Source: Geopsychrobacteraceae bacterium (GTDB lineage Bacteria > Desulfobacterota > Desulfuromonadia > Desulfuromonadales > Geopsychrobacteraceae). Taken from it: a DNA stretch of 64,000 nt. Positions 9,380-18,656 of the stretch are shown piece by piece. Each line of letters opens with the position of its first letter. The stretch's first letter is position 1. A model generated the notes under the pieces. That model did not search any database. It was not told where the DNA came from and saw only the letters and a program-made list of their open reading frames with translations. The translations under genes and the position numbers were made by a program. The stretch lies in NCBI GenBank assembly GCA_963662315.1, contig OY759353.1:2208001-2272000 (forward strand), in the 5' to 3' direction.

Positions 9380-10606
9380 TTATTTACCGCTCACACCAAA
9401 CCGGTAAGTAACATAAAAACGGATATCGTCGAGGTCGTCATGACGATCACCAGCAACAGAATCGCTGATATCAACTTTGGCATAGCGGGCACGTACACTC
9501 AGGCCATCCAGATCACCGGAAAACTTGTACTCGATGCTGAAGTCAGTTTCATTGATGGTGCTTTCCGGAGCATCGTAAATACCATGCATAACGTAAGCAT
9601 TCAGGCCTTTGACGCCGACAGTGGAAAAGTCATAGGACAGGCGTGCTGCGTAGGCATCTTCATCGCCGCGATCATACAGAGTGCTGGTAGGACCACCGTC
9701 ACCGGAATTGTGAACTTGCTGAATGATAATTTTCCCATAACCATAGGGATCATAAATGGACTGGTCACCCGTTCTGGCATAGAAAGCGGTCAGGTCAAAA
9801 CCAAAGGCACCAACACCGGCATTCAGACCATACTGATAGGTATCAAGCTCACCAGACTCTTCATCCCCTTTGGATTCCTGGGCAAAGTAGGTTGGTGACG
9901 CATGCAGAACCAGATTGTCGATTTTTTTGCTGACAGAAACATTGAACCAGGTCTGGTACAGGTTGTCAGGCATATCGAAATACCAGGCCTGAACACTGCT
10001 GTTAATAGCGCTTACCGGCAGCTTGTAGTTCACTCCGGCAATATATACATCGTCATTGAAGGAAACGAATTCCTCGTTGAACCAGTTCATGTTGTCTTTG
10101 AGGTAGAAACCCATCAGAGTCAGATTTTCAACTGACTTGTTAACAACAGACAGACCACGGTAGGTGCGGTGGATCATGCGGATCGGGTGAATATTCAGGA
10201 ATGGGGTGTTAAGCTCGTGAGCACCAACTTTGATGGTGGTCTTGAAGTAATCACCCTGAATGTAATATTCCTGCAGACGGGCAATATTCTCATGGTCTGG
10301 ACCGGGTTGAGTCAAACCGACATAGGGGTTTTTATCATCTTCGTTGACAACATCATTACTGGTGCCAAAAGCAACACCAAGACTGATCCCTTTGAAGGAA
10401 TCAGTTTTATAGTACAGTGCACCACCTAAAGCAGTATCCTGGTTATCGGTAGCACCACCTTTAAAATCGCGAGTAAAGCTCAGCAGGCTGAGTTCACCTT
10501 TGATGGAGCCTTGAGAAAACATTTCCTTGAGGTTGTCTGCAGCCATGGCAGAGGCAGACAAACCAAAGACCAACAGGCCGACGAGTAAAACTTTAACTTT
10601 CATCAT
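9380..10606 (-). CDS. OprD/Occ-like outer-membrane porin
   Basis: Signal peptide ending AMA; ADNLKEMFSQGSIKGEL; YYKTDSFKG; ARLQEYYI; ELNTPF; alternating beta-strand pattern ending DIRFYVTYRF. Confidence 0.8.
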   Translation of the reverse strand: MMKVKVLLVGLLVFGLSASAMAADNLKEMFSQGSIKGELSLLSFTRDFKGGATDNQDTALGGALYYKTDSFKGISLGVAFGTSNDVVNEDDKNPYVGLTQPGPDHENIARLQEYYIQGDYFKTTIKVGAHELNTPFLNIHPIRMIHRTYRGLSVVNKSVENLTLMGFYLKDNMNWFNEEFVSFNDDVYIAGVNYKLPVSAINSSVQAWYFDMPDNLYQTWFNVSVSKKIDNLVLHASPTYFAQESKGDEESGELDTYQYGLNAGVGAFGFDLTAFYARTGDQSIYDPYGYGKIIIQQVHNSGDGGPTSTLYDRGDEDAYAARLSYDFSTVGVKGLNAYVMHGIYDAPESTINETDFSIEYKFSGDLDGLSVRARYAKVDISDSVAGDRHDDLDDIRFYVTYRFGVSGK

Positions 10607-10631
10607 ATTCCCCTTACAGTGAAAAATATTG

Positions 10632-10670
10632 AAAAAATCAGCCCTGCGACAGTGAATGTCACAGGACTGA
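10632..10670 (-). terminator. Intrinsic terminator-like hairpin between the cytochrome and porin genes
   Basis: Minus strand TCAGTCCTGTGACA-ttcac-TGTCGCAGGGCTGA followed by TTTTTT. Confidence 0.65.
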
Positions 10671-10718
10671 AAGCAGCAAAACTTACTGCCAATATACTCT
10701 TTCTATTGCCACGGGCCC

Positions 10719-11087
10719 TTAAGGAACGTCGAAGGTAAATCTCAGGTGGCACGGGGTACAGAAGTTCTCTGATTTCTGATGCTGATGGTGGCAGTAGTTA
10801 CAGTTGGTTTCGGTACCGTAATGACGGTTATTATGAGGATTGCTCGGCTGCAACTTGGCAGTAGCCTCGGCAACATCCTTGGTGTCGTGACACTCAAGAC
10901 ATTTGATCATCGGAACTGGTGCTCTCTGAGCCTGTTCACCGTGACAATCGTTACAGGTCACACCTTTACTGAAGTGAGCCTGGTCGAGTTGAACATCTGC
11001 CGCCATAACACTGGCGCCGCAAAGCAGGACCAATGCAAAGGCAAGTGCGAGCATATGCATAGTTTTGATTTTCATGATTTCTCCCAT
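10719..11087 (-). CDS. Small periplasmic tetraheme cytochrome c (flavocytochrome heme subunit)
   Basis: Signal peptide; four CxxCH motifs (CNDCH, CLECH, CNYCH, CTPCH) and NPHNNRH, as in flavocytochrome c heme domains. Confidence 0.9.
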   Translation of the reverse strand: MGEIMKIKTMHMLALAFALVLLCGASVMAADVQLDQAHFSKGVTCNDCHGEQAQRAPVPMIKCLECHDTKDVAEATAKLQPSNPHNNRHYGTETNCNYCHHQHQKSENFCTPCHLRFTFDVP

Positions 11088-11146
11088 TGTTCATGTCTGA
11101 TCGGGACGGCCGCAACTGTCCCGTTATACAAATCGATTGTAGTTAC

Positions 11147-12832
11147 TTACAGCTTGGCAACGTATTTACCGGCCATGTAACCGAAGGTGTAGCAACGCCC
11201 CAAAGACAGACCGAAAACGGTCAGAGGGTAATCGACACCACCGTAGAAACCGCCACCAAGATTACCGACAATAAACAGGCCATCGATGGTTTTTCCTTCA
11301 GCATTCAGAGCCTGATGATTTTCGTTGACCAACATACCGGAAGTGATAGCAGAAACGCGCATCCGGCGGTGAATACCGTAGAAAGGAGCCTTAACAACAG
11401 GAAGCATTTTGCTGGATGGCTTACCGAAATCGTCATCCATACCTTTTTTGCACAGTTCATTATAACGCTTAACGCTGGCAACGAAGGTCTTGGGATCACA
11501 CTCAAGTTTGACTGCCAGTTCTTCCAGGGTATCGGCTTTGTAAGTATTGGTCTGAGAAACATACACACCTTTTTTCGGAGAGGGATCCTCTGGCATGTAG
11601 TTTTTCAATTCCTCGGGAGAATAGAGTTTACCTGGCCAGCCCTTGGCACCGGTCATGTAGTCAGCATCGAAAACCTGGGAGTAATGCCCAGCATTTTCAG
11701 CATCTTTCAGATAGTTGTTCATCAGTGACATGGCAACGGTTTCGTCAACGAAACGCTCGCCTTTGCGGTTAACGGCCAGGAAAGGCATGTCACACATGGC
11801 AGCCGGACCGGCATCGAAATCGTGCAGCATTTTGGTGTGACCGATAGGCTCGATAACCCCGCCAGCCCAATATGCCATGGCGAAACCATCACCGGTACGA
11901 TCCATCTGCTTACGCACGAAATTTTTCGCATCGGGAATAAAATAGTTACACATGGCCTCGTTATTCTGATAGTCACCACTGGCCAGAATGACACCTTTTT
12001 TGGCCATAAATTTGTGGTATTTGCCATCACGGCTCTTACCAATGACACCGACAACCTTGCCGGAAGCATCCTGGACCAACTGAGCACCGGGCATATTGTA
12101 GAAGAACTTGACCCCAGCCTTTACTGCAGTCTTGCCCAGGTCGCGCATACCATCACCGGTAGTGTAAGGCTTGGGTCCACAGAAGGAGGTGACAAAGTTC
12201 AGTTTATAATCGGTGATACCATGGATACCATGTTGTGGGCCGGTTCCCTGATCAATGATCTGAGCGCCACCCTTTTTAGCCCGATCGATCATCCAGGTGA
12301 TAGCTTCACCGGAATTGTAAGCCCAGGCCCGAAGAAGAGCCGGATTACAGCGATGAGCACTGTCAGCCATCAGACGGGAAATCAAAGCTTCAACGGCAGC
12401 TTTATCGCTGTTTGCCAGGTCAATACCGGAACCGGTGTTGCCTTGGGAAACGATCATGGCCTGTTTTTGAAGCACGGCAACTTTGGCACCATTTTCTGCC
12501 GCGGAAAGGGCAGCGGTCACACCGGAAGCACCGGCACCGACAACAACGACATCAAAGGTTTTGGTGGATGCGATATCTTTGTCAGCAATCACTTCTGGTT
12601 TAGGCAGAAATTCGAGAGTTGCAGCCCCATCAGAACTTTTGCCATATTGAGTACATTCTGAAACAGCAGCGGCTTCGGCCTTGCTGCTAGCTAATCCGGT
12701 CAGCGCCATAGCTCCAACGCCAGCTCCGACAGCGGCACGGCCCAAAAAGCTTCTTCGCGAAAAGCCATTCTGGAGTACATTCGCAGTATATTGATCGACT
12801 GCGTTTCCTTCCTGCGATTTGTCTTTGCTCAT
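11147..12832 (-). CDS. Tat-exported FAD-dependent oxidoreductase, fumarate reductase/KstD superfamily, substrate unknown
   Basis: Start moved to MSKDK (GGAG upstream); Tat motif SRRSFL and AEA cleavage site; DVVVVGAGASG; GVILASGDY; GDGFAMA; VNRKGERFVDE; GLFIVGN. Confidence 0.88.
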   Translation of the reverse strand: MSKDKSQEGNAVDQYTANVLQNGFSRRSFLGRAAVGAGVGAMALTGLASSKAEAAAVSECTQYGKSSDGAATLEFLPKPEVIADKDIASTKTFDVVVVGAGASGVTAALSAAENGAKVAVLQKQAMIVSQGNTGSGIDLANSDKAAVEALISRLMADSAHRCNPALLRAWAYNSGEAITWMIDRAKKGGAQIIDQGTGPQHGIHGITDYKLNFVTSFCGPKPYTTGDGMRDLGKTAVKAGVKFFYNMPGAQLVQDASGKVVGVIGKSRDGKYHKFMAKKGVILASGDYQNNEAMCNYFIPDAKNFVRKQMDRTGDGFAMAYWAGGVIEPIGHTKMLHDFDAGPAAMCDMPFLAVNRKGERFVDETVAMSLMNNYLKDAENAGHYSQVFDADYMTGAKGWPGKLYSPEELKNYMPEDPSPKKGVYVSQTNTYKADTLEELAVKLECDPKTFVASVKRYNELCKKGMDDDFGKPSSKMLPVVKAPFYGIHRRMRVSAITSGMLVNENHQALNAEGKTIDGLFIVGNLGGGFYGGVDYPLTVFGLSLGRCYTFGYMAGKYVAKL

Positions 12833-13015
12833 TCTTTTGCTCCTTTTCCATAGTAAGGTCATGACCAATAAGGCACCTGCGAAGGTGTGACAGACCAGGT
12901 TGTCATGACAGGTAAAAACGCATTAAAAAGTGGCATTAAAGTCGAGACCGACCACTTCCATTCAAAAGAATCTCTGTCCATAAAATGGGGAAATCCAATC
13001 TGGAATATGAGTTCT

Positions 13016-13118
13016 TTCACAATGCATGCCACCTATAAACCATTGATTTTTTGGAGATAATAAATTATCGCATTGACAAATCTTATCATTTTGATAAATT
13101 CATCTATCATATCGAAAG
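13016..13118 (-). promoter_or_regulatory. Candidate sigma-54 promoter, IHF site and activator-binding sites for the flavoprotein operon
   Basis: Minus strand TGGCATGCATTGTGAA (13031-13016; -12 element is GA instead of GC); AATCAATGGTTTA matches WATCAANNNNTTR (13048-13036); palindromes TTATCGCATTGACAA (13065) and TTATCATTTTGATAA (13083), weaker copy at 13104. Confidence 0.65.
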
Positions 13119-13125
13119 GACTGCC

Positions 13126-14754
13126 ATGAAAGCACTCGACCTCGACTTGAAGGAACTCCTGTATCGCCTGCCAGAAAGCGGCATCATTCACTTTATGGGA
13201 CAACGCGTCCTTTTTTTTGACGCCCTTTCCATGGGCCTGCTGCGTAAAGAGCTGATTGAGTCGCTCGGCATGCACCTAGCCCGCGGGATTCTCACCCGGT
13301 TTGGCTATGCTCATGGCTGGCGTTCTGCGGAACGTCTGCGCCAGGAATCCCCTGAACTGTTTGATGATAGCTGGACGGGGCCACACCTGCATGGTCTGCA
13401 CGGCCTGATGACCCCGTTGACAAACACCCGAAACACTGGCACTGCCGATGAACCTCTTGTCAAAGGGAGCTGGAAGGATTCTTACGAAGTCGAGCAGCAT
13501 CTGCTGCACCTGGGATTATCGGACCTCTCGGTTTGCTGGAGTCTGACCGGTTTTGCCAGCGGCTATGTTTCAAACCGGACCAAACGGGATGTCTACTTTA
13601 TTGAGACCCATTGCTGCGGAAAGGGCGATTCTCTGTGCCACATAGAAGGCCGCTACAAGGAAGATTGGGGGCCAGAGGTTGCCGATCAACTGCAGTATTA
13701 CTCAATAGAATCGGCCGACAGTGCATTGACCTGTCTCATGGAAAAACTTCAGTCAATCGAAAAGAAACTAAAAAAACGGCAGAAACAACTCTCAGAGCTC
13801 GATCAAAAAACAGAGCTATCCGGCATTACCTGCTACAGCCCCGCCATGCGTAAGGCGGTTGATACGGCCCGGCGGGTTGCAAAAGTTGATTCCTCGGTTG
13901 TCATCAGTGGTGAAACCGGTGTTGGAAAAGAACGTATCGCCCGCCTGCTTCACGATGAATCGCCCCGTGCCGACAAGCCTTTTATCGCCATCAACTGCGG
14001 CGCGGTCACCGAAACTCTGCTGGAAAGTGAACTCTTCGGGTATATTAAAGGCGCCTTTACCGGGGCCTATAAAGACACGCCCGGATTTTTTGAAGCAGTT
14101 GATGGTGGCACCCTGTTTCTTGATGAAATAGGTGAAATATCGCCCGGCATGCAGGTAAAAATCCTGCGGGTTCTTCAGGAACGTGAAATTCGCCGCGTTG
14201 GAGACAACCGCTCCAGGTCCGTTGATTTCCGTATTGTCGCAGCAACCAATCGGAATCTTGCTGATGAAGTCGCGAACGGCAACTTTCGGCAGGATCTATA
14301 CTACCGCCTCAAAGTTATTGAGGTAAAAATGCCTCCGTTGCGCGACCGGCGTGAGGATATCATGCCTTTGGCAAGAATTTTTCTGAACGAAGCCTCCTTC
14401 CGCAGCAAACATAAGATTAAATCATTCACCCCGAAAGTTGTTGAACATTTCCACTGCTACGGCTGGCCTGGCAACGTAAGAGAGCTCCAGAATGTCGTCG
14501 AATTTGCCGTTGCCTTAAGCAACGGTGAACGCATCGACATAGATGATCTGCCCGAAGAATTGCAGCGCCCGTGTATCCCAGGGTCATTTCCGCTGAAAAT
14601 CCTGCCTCTGGAGGAGGTAGAAAAACAATATATTCTGAGGGTCCTCGATTCCCTTGACGGGAACAAAACCAAAACAGCTGAAACCCTTAAAATCGGTATA
14701 GCGACCCTTTATCGCAAGCTAAACAGTTACGGCTATTCAGAAGAACAACGGTAA
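13126..14754 (+). CDS. XylR/DmpR-type sigma-54-dependent activator (XylR-N + V4R + AAA+ + HTH)
   Basis: Start moved to MKALDL (AAAGGA upstream); [69 protein letters not shown]. Confidence 0.92.
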   Translation: MKALDLDLKELLYRLPESGIIHFMGQRVLFFDALSMGLLRKELIESLGMHLARGILTRFGYAHGWRSAERLRQESPELFDDSWTGPHLHGLHGLMTPLTNTRNTGTADEPLVKGSWKDSYEVEQHLLHLGLSDLSVCWSLTGFASGYVSNRTKRDVYFIETHCCGKGDSLCHIEGRYKEDWGPEVADQLQYYSIESADSALTCLMEKLQSIEKKLKKRQKQLSELDQKTELSGITCYSPAMRKAVDTARRVAKVDSSVVISGETGVGKERIARLLHDESPRADKPFIAINCGAVTETLLESELFGYIKGAFTGAYKDTPGFFEAVDGGTLFLDEIGEISPGMQVKILRVLQEREIRRVGDNRSRSVDFRIVAATNRNLADEVANGNFRQDLYYRLKVIEVKMPPLRDRREDIMPLARIFLNEASFRSKHKIKSFTPKVVEHFHCYGWPGNVRELQNVVEFAVALSNGERIDIDDLPEELQRPCIPGSFPLKILPLEEVEKQYILRVLDSLDGNKTKTAETLKIGIATLYRKLNSYGYSEEQR

Positions 14755-14775
14755 TGGAGGCAGGGATGAGGCCGA

Positions 14776-15312
14776 TCACAACAGGATAACCGTGTCACAA
14801 TGGGCCATGAGTGCCTCTGTCAACCGCCGTTCACGCCAGCTCAGCTCAGAATCCGCAAAGGAGTTGCCATAGTAGGCATTGATGATAACTGTCCTGCTAT
14901 GGCGCAACAGGACAAGGAGCCTTTCAACGCTCCCCGCCTGCAGATAGAGAGTCACATCATTAAGAAACAGAATATCCCGGGGGTGCTGTTCAAACTCGGA
15001 AAACAGGAGTTCTACAGCCCGAGCATTACGGTTAGCCAATTCCATAGAATGAGCGACATCCCGCCCCATAAGGCGTGGAGCCGCTATTTGCGCAGTCAAA
15101 TACACTGCTTGTGGAGGTAGATCCAGTGATAATTTGCCACCAATCCCCTGAACCGGGTCGGGTGCCAGGTCAATAATTGCGAGATCATGAGCATAGCCTG
15201 CCACCAAAAAGTATTTAAGAAGTGCGGCTGTTCTGGTCGTTTTCCCACAGTTGACGTCACCGGCAATAATGGTGCGCTGCCCCAGGTAGGTAGCAATATC
15301 TGTTTCGGCCAT
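14776..15312 (-). CDS. Small P-loop NTPase-like protein, function unknown
   Basis: IIAGDVNCGKTT (Walker A), AIIDLAP, ILFLNDV (Walker B-like). Confidence 0.65.
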   Translation of the reverse strand: MAETDIATYLGQRTIIAGDVNCGKTTRTAALLKYFLVAGYAHDLAIIDLAPDPVQGIGGKLSLDLPPQAVYLTAQIAAPRLMGRDVAHSMELANRNARAVELLFSEFEQHPRDILFLNDVTLYLQAGSVERLLVLLRHSRTVIINAYYGNSFADSELSWRERRLTEALMAHCDTVILL

Positions 15313-15470
15313 TACAGACTTCCAAATTGGGTCAGCGGAAAACCGAGGGGCAGGACACTCGTAATCAGCAAGGTCAGGCCAAAAGCCAGCATAAGGGGGA
15401 GCAACAGGAAAAAGCTGCCTTTCAGAAACGACCCCATCTTTTTCAGATAGGTAAAAAGGGATATGTTCAT
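15312..15470 (-). CDS. Possible 52-aa membrane peptide (below the ORF-track cutoff)
   Basis: MNISLFTYLKKMGSFLKGSFFLLLPLMLAFGLTLLITSVLPLGFPLTQFGSL; stop overlaps the next start (TAATG); no clear RBS. Confidence 0.35.
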   Translation of the reverse strand: MNISLFTYLKKMGSFLKGSFFLLLPLMLAFGLTLLITSVLPLGFPLTQFGSL

Positions 15471-15629
15471 CGTAAAGTTAGGTTCCAATTATCCGCAAAC
15501 GGTTTTTCCGACATAATCTCCGATGTCAATGGACATCAAGGAGTACGTTCTCTCAGTTGCAGGAAGAAAACGTTGAAGATCAACCAAAGAGCCAAGCATC
15601 ATAAATCAGGTAAGCTCTCCGGGTGAAAC

Positions 15630-15664
15630 AAAAAAAACGGCGAACCCTAAAGGGTTCGCCGTTT
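15630..15664 (-). terminator. Intrinsic terminator after gabD
   Basis: AAACGGCGAACCCT-AA-AGGGTTCGCCGTTT with an A8 run giving a U-tract on the minus strand. Confidence 0.85.
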
Positions 15665-15692
15665 AAACATCAAATCAACCTGAAAAAAACGT

Positions 15693-17159
15693 TCAGACGT
15701 TAACGCCACCGATACACAGATACTTGATTTCCAGAAAATCTTCGATTCCGTACTTCGATCCTTCGCGACCGCCACCCGATTCCTTGATGCCGCCAAATGG
15801 TGCGACGGTGGTGGAAATCAGACCGGTATTGACACCAACGATGCCATATTCCAGACCTTCACCAACGCGCCAGGTCCGGCCCAGATCCTTGGTATAGAAG
15901 TAAGAGGCCAGGCCAAATTCGGTATCATTGGCCATTTTAATCGCTTCTGCTTCAGTTGCGAAACGGAACAGCGGAGCTACCGGGCCAAAGGTCTCTTCTT
16001 TCGCAATACGCATATTGGGCTCGACATCAGCAAGGACTGTCGGCTGGAAGAAAGACCCGCCCAGTTCATGGCGTTGTCCACCGGTAACAATCCGGGCTCC
16101 TTTGCCAACCGCATCAGAGATATGCTCTTCGACAATTTCCAGGGCACCCATATCGATCAGCGGTCCCTGCTGGGTTTCCCCTTTCAGGCCATCGCCAACC
16201 TTCATTTTGGCAACTGCGGCAGCGAGCTTTTCAGCAAAGGCATCATAAACCCCGTCCTGAACCAGGAAACGGTTGGTGCAGACGCAGGTCTGTCCGGTGT
16301 TGCGATACTTGGACACAATGGCGCCTTCTACAGCAGCATCCAGATCGGCGTCGTCAAAAACGATAAAGGGAGCATTCCCTCCGAGTTCCATCGACACCCT
16401 TTTCATGGTTCCGGCGCAGGCGGCGGTGAGTTGCTTGCCAACTTCAGTGGAGCCGGTAAAGGTCAGCTTGCGCACTGTAGTATTGCTGGTCAGCTCATTG
16501 CCGATTGGTGCGGAAGATCCGGTCACGACACTGAACAGACCGGCCGGGATCCCGGCCCGTTCACCGAGTTCCGCAAGAGCCAGGGCAGAAAACGGCGTTG
16601 CACTGGCAGGTTTCAAAACCATGGCACAACCAGCCGCAAAAGCCGGGGCCGCCTTACGGGTGATCATGGCGGAAGGGAAGTTCCACGGCGTGATTGCTGC
16701 GCAGACACCAATCGGCTGCTTCAGAACGACAATGCGCTTATCATTTTGATGGGACGGAATAACATCCCCGTAAATACGCTTCCCTTCTTCAGCGAACCAT
16801 TCGATAAAGGATGCCGCATAAACAATTTCACCACGTGATTCAGCCAACGGTTTGCCCTGCTCGGCAGTCATCAATATGGCCAGGTCTTCCTGATTTTCTA
16901 GCAGCAGCTCATACCATTTGCGCAGGATAGTAGAGCGCTCCTGGGCCGTTTTAGCCTGCCAGGCCGGCATGGCTTTTTCTGCTGCAATAATAGCACGCCG
17001 GGTTTCCTCTGCGCCCATTTTGGGAACGCTTCCCAACACCTCCCCGGTGGCCGGGTTGGTTACATTCAATGTCGCTCCGCTGTCAGCGTCACACCACTGA
17101 CCGTCAATATAGCACTGCTGACGAAACAGAGACTCATCACTAAGCTTGAAGGTGCTCAA
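15693..17159 (-). CDS. gabD: NAD(P)-dependent succinate/glutarate-semialdehyde dehydrogenase
   Basis: ITPWNFPSAMITRK, FTGSTEVG, MELGGNAPF, GQTCVC, EETFGPVA, GREGSKYG; TTG start after AGGAGG. Confidence 0.93.
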   Translation of the reverse strand: MSTFKLSDESLFRQQCYIDGQWCDADSGATLNVTNPATGEVLGSVPKMGAEETRRAIIAAEKAMPAWQAKTAQERSTILRKWYELLLENQEDLAILMTAEQGKPLAESRGEIVYAASFIEWFAEEGKRIYGDVIPSHQNDKRIVVLKQPIGVCAAITPWNFPSAMITRKAAPAFAAGCAMVLKPASATPFSALALAELGERAGIPAGLFSVVTGSSAPIGNELTSNTTVRKLTFTGSTEVGKQLTAACAGTMKRVSMELGGNAPFIVFDDADLDAAVEGAIVSKYRNTGQTCVCTNRFLVQDGVYDAFAEKLAAAVAKMKVGDGLKGETQQGPLIDMGALEIVEEHISDAVGKGARIVTGGQRHELGGSFFQPTVLADVEPNMRIAKEETFGPVAPLFRFATEAEAIKMANDTEFGLASYFYTKDLGRTWRVGEGLEYGIVGVNTGLISTTVAPFGGIKESGGGREGSKYGIEDFLEIKYLCIGGVNV

Positions 17160-17265
17160 TGTCTCCTCCTAGATCAATTTTCGTTATTTGTTCATCGGTC
17201 ATAGCAACCCCTGCCATAAACCTTACTACATTTAGATCGGATCATGTCAGCCTATGAACAGATTT

Positions 17266-18597
17266 TTACTTGTCACCCAAAACCACAGCAACAGCTTCAG
17301 AGAAAGCATTCATCCCTTGAGCCAACTGTTCGTCAGTCATCACTGTCGGCGGCAAGAAGCGGATAACATTACCAAAAATACCCGCATTCATGCACAGGAC
17401 ACCGCGTTTAAAACATTCCTGAATAATCGCCGTAACTGCGTCTTTATAAGGTTCCTTTGTCTGCGGATCCTTAACCAGTTCGATAGCCACCATGGCACCC
17501 AGGCCACGAATATCTCCAATCTGTGGGAAATGTTGCTGCAATTGCCCCATGGTCGCCTTGATTGTGGCTCCGATTTTCTCAGCACGATCCGGCAGGTTTT
17601 CTTGCTCCATCAATTCGATGGTCGCCAACGCCGCGGCACATGCTACCGGATTACCACCATAGGTTCCGCCAATACGACCTCCACCCGGGGCATCCATTAT
17701 TTCAGCTTTGCCAACTACCGCAGACAGCGGCATTCCGGAACCGATCCCCTTGGCCATGGTCATCAGGTCCGGCTCTAGATCGAAATGCTCACAGGCAAAC
17801 ATTTTTCCGGTCCGGGCAAAACCGGACTGCACTTCGTCTGCGATGAGCAGGATGCCGTATTTTTCGCAGATTTGTTTCAACCCGGGCAGAAAGCCCTGAG
17901 GCGGAACGATAAAACCGCCCTCCCCCTGAACCGGTTCAATAATAATAGCGGCTATGCTTTCAGGAGCAACTTCAGAGACGAAAAAGCGCTCAAAATAATC
18001 GAGATGCGCCTGGCAGGTATCTTCCGCCGCGACATGCAACTGGCTGCGATACGCGTTGGGGTATGGAACCTTGTAGGTTTCGGGCGCAAAGGGGCCGAAT
18101 TCATGTTTGTAAGGTTTGACTTTACTGGTCAGACTCATGGTCATCAGGGTCCGGCCATGAAAGGCACCTTCAAAAGAAATGATACCCTGGCGCTTGGTAT
18201 AGGCTTTGGCAATCTTGACCGCGTTTTCAACGGCTTCGGCACCACTGTTGACGAACATGGCCTTTTTAGGAGAAGAACCAGGAGCTATCTGACACAGTTT
18301 TTCAGCCAGGTTGATGTAAGATTCGTACATCCCGACCATAAAACATGAGTGCAGCAGCTTATCGGCCTGCTCTTTAATGCTGGCGACTACAGTTTCCGGA
18401 CAATGCCCGGCATTGACAACCCCAATGCCGGCATAAAAATCCAGGTAGCGGTTGCCGTTCAGGTCCTTGACCTCCGCTCCTTTAGCAGAATCGATAATCA
18501 TCGGGTAAAGAGCGGAAATGCCATTTGCAACGTACTGCTCCTTCTTCTGGATCAGTGCCTGGGTTTTATCTGCTGCGGTAGCGGCTTTTTGAAGCAT
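17266..18597 (-). CDS. gabT: 4-aminobutyrate/5-aminovalerate aminotransferase (class III)
   Basis: NSGAEAVENAVK, FHGRT, EPVQGEGGF, DEVQSGFARTG, MAKG (PLP lysine), GGTYGGNP. Confidence 0.9.
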   Translation of the reverse strand: MLQKAATAADKTQALIQKKEQYVANGISALYPMIIDSAKGAEVKDLNGNRYLDFYAGIGVVNAGHCPETVVASIKEQADKLLHSCFMVGMYESYINLAEKLCQIAPGSSPKKAMFVNSGAEAVENAVKIAKAYTKRQGIISFEGAFHGRTLMTMSLTSKVKPYKHEFGPFAPETYKVPYPNAYRSQLHVAAEDTCQAHLDYFERFFVSEVAPESIAAIIIEPVQGEGGFIVPPQGFLPGLKQICEKYGILLIADEVQSGFARTGKMFACEHFDLEPDLMTMAKGIGSGMPLSAVVGKAEIMDAPGGGRIGGTYGGNPVACAAALATIELMEQENLPDRAEKIGATIKATMGQLQQHFPQIGDIRGLGAMVAIELVKDPQTKEPYKDAVTAIIQECFKRGVLCMNAGIFGNVIRFLPPTVMTDEQLAQGMNAFSEAVAVVLGDK

Positions 18598-18656
18598 GTT
18601 GTGGACTCCTTATGGAAAATGGAAATATTTATAAGCTCCGGCGCAAATCTTTGGCT

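Noticed and set aside
11147..12832. Calling this gene a fumarate reductase
   Set aside because: The dicarboxylate-binding His/Arg motifs are not recognisable.
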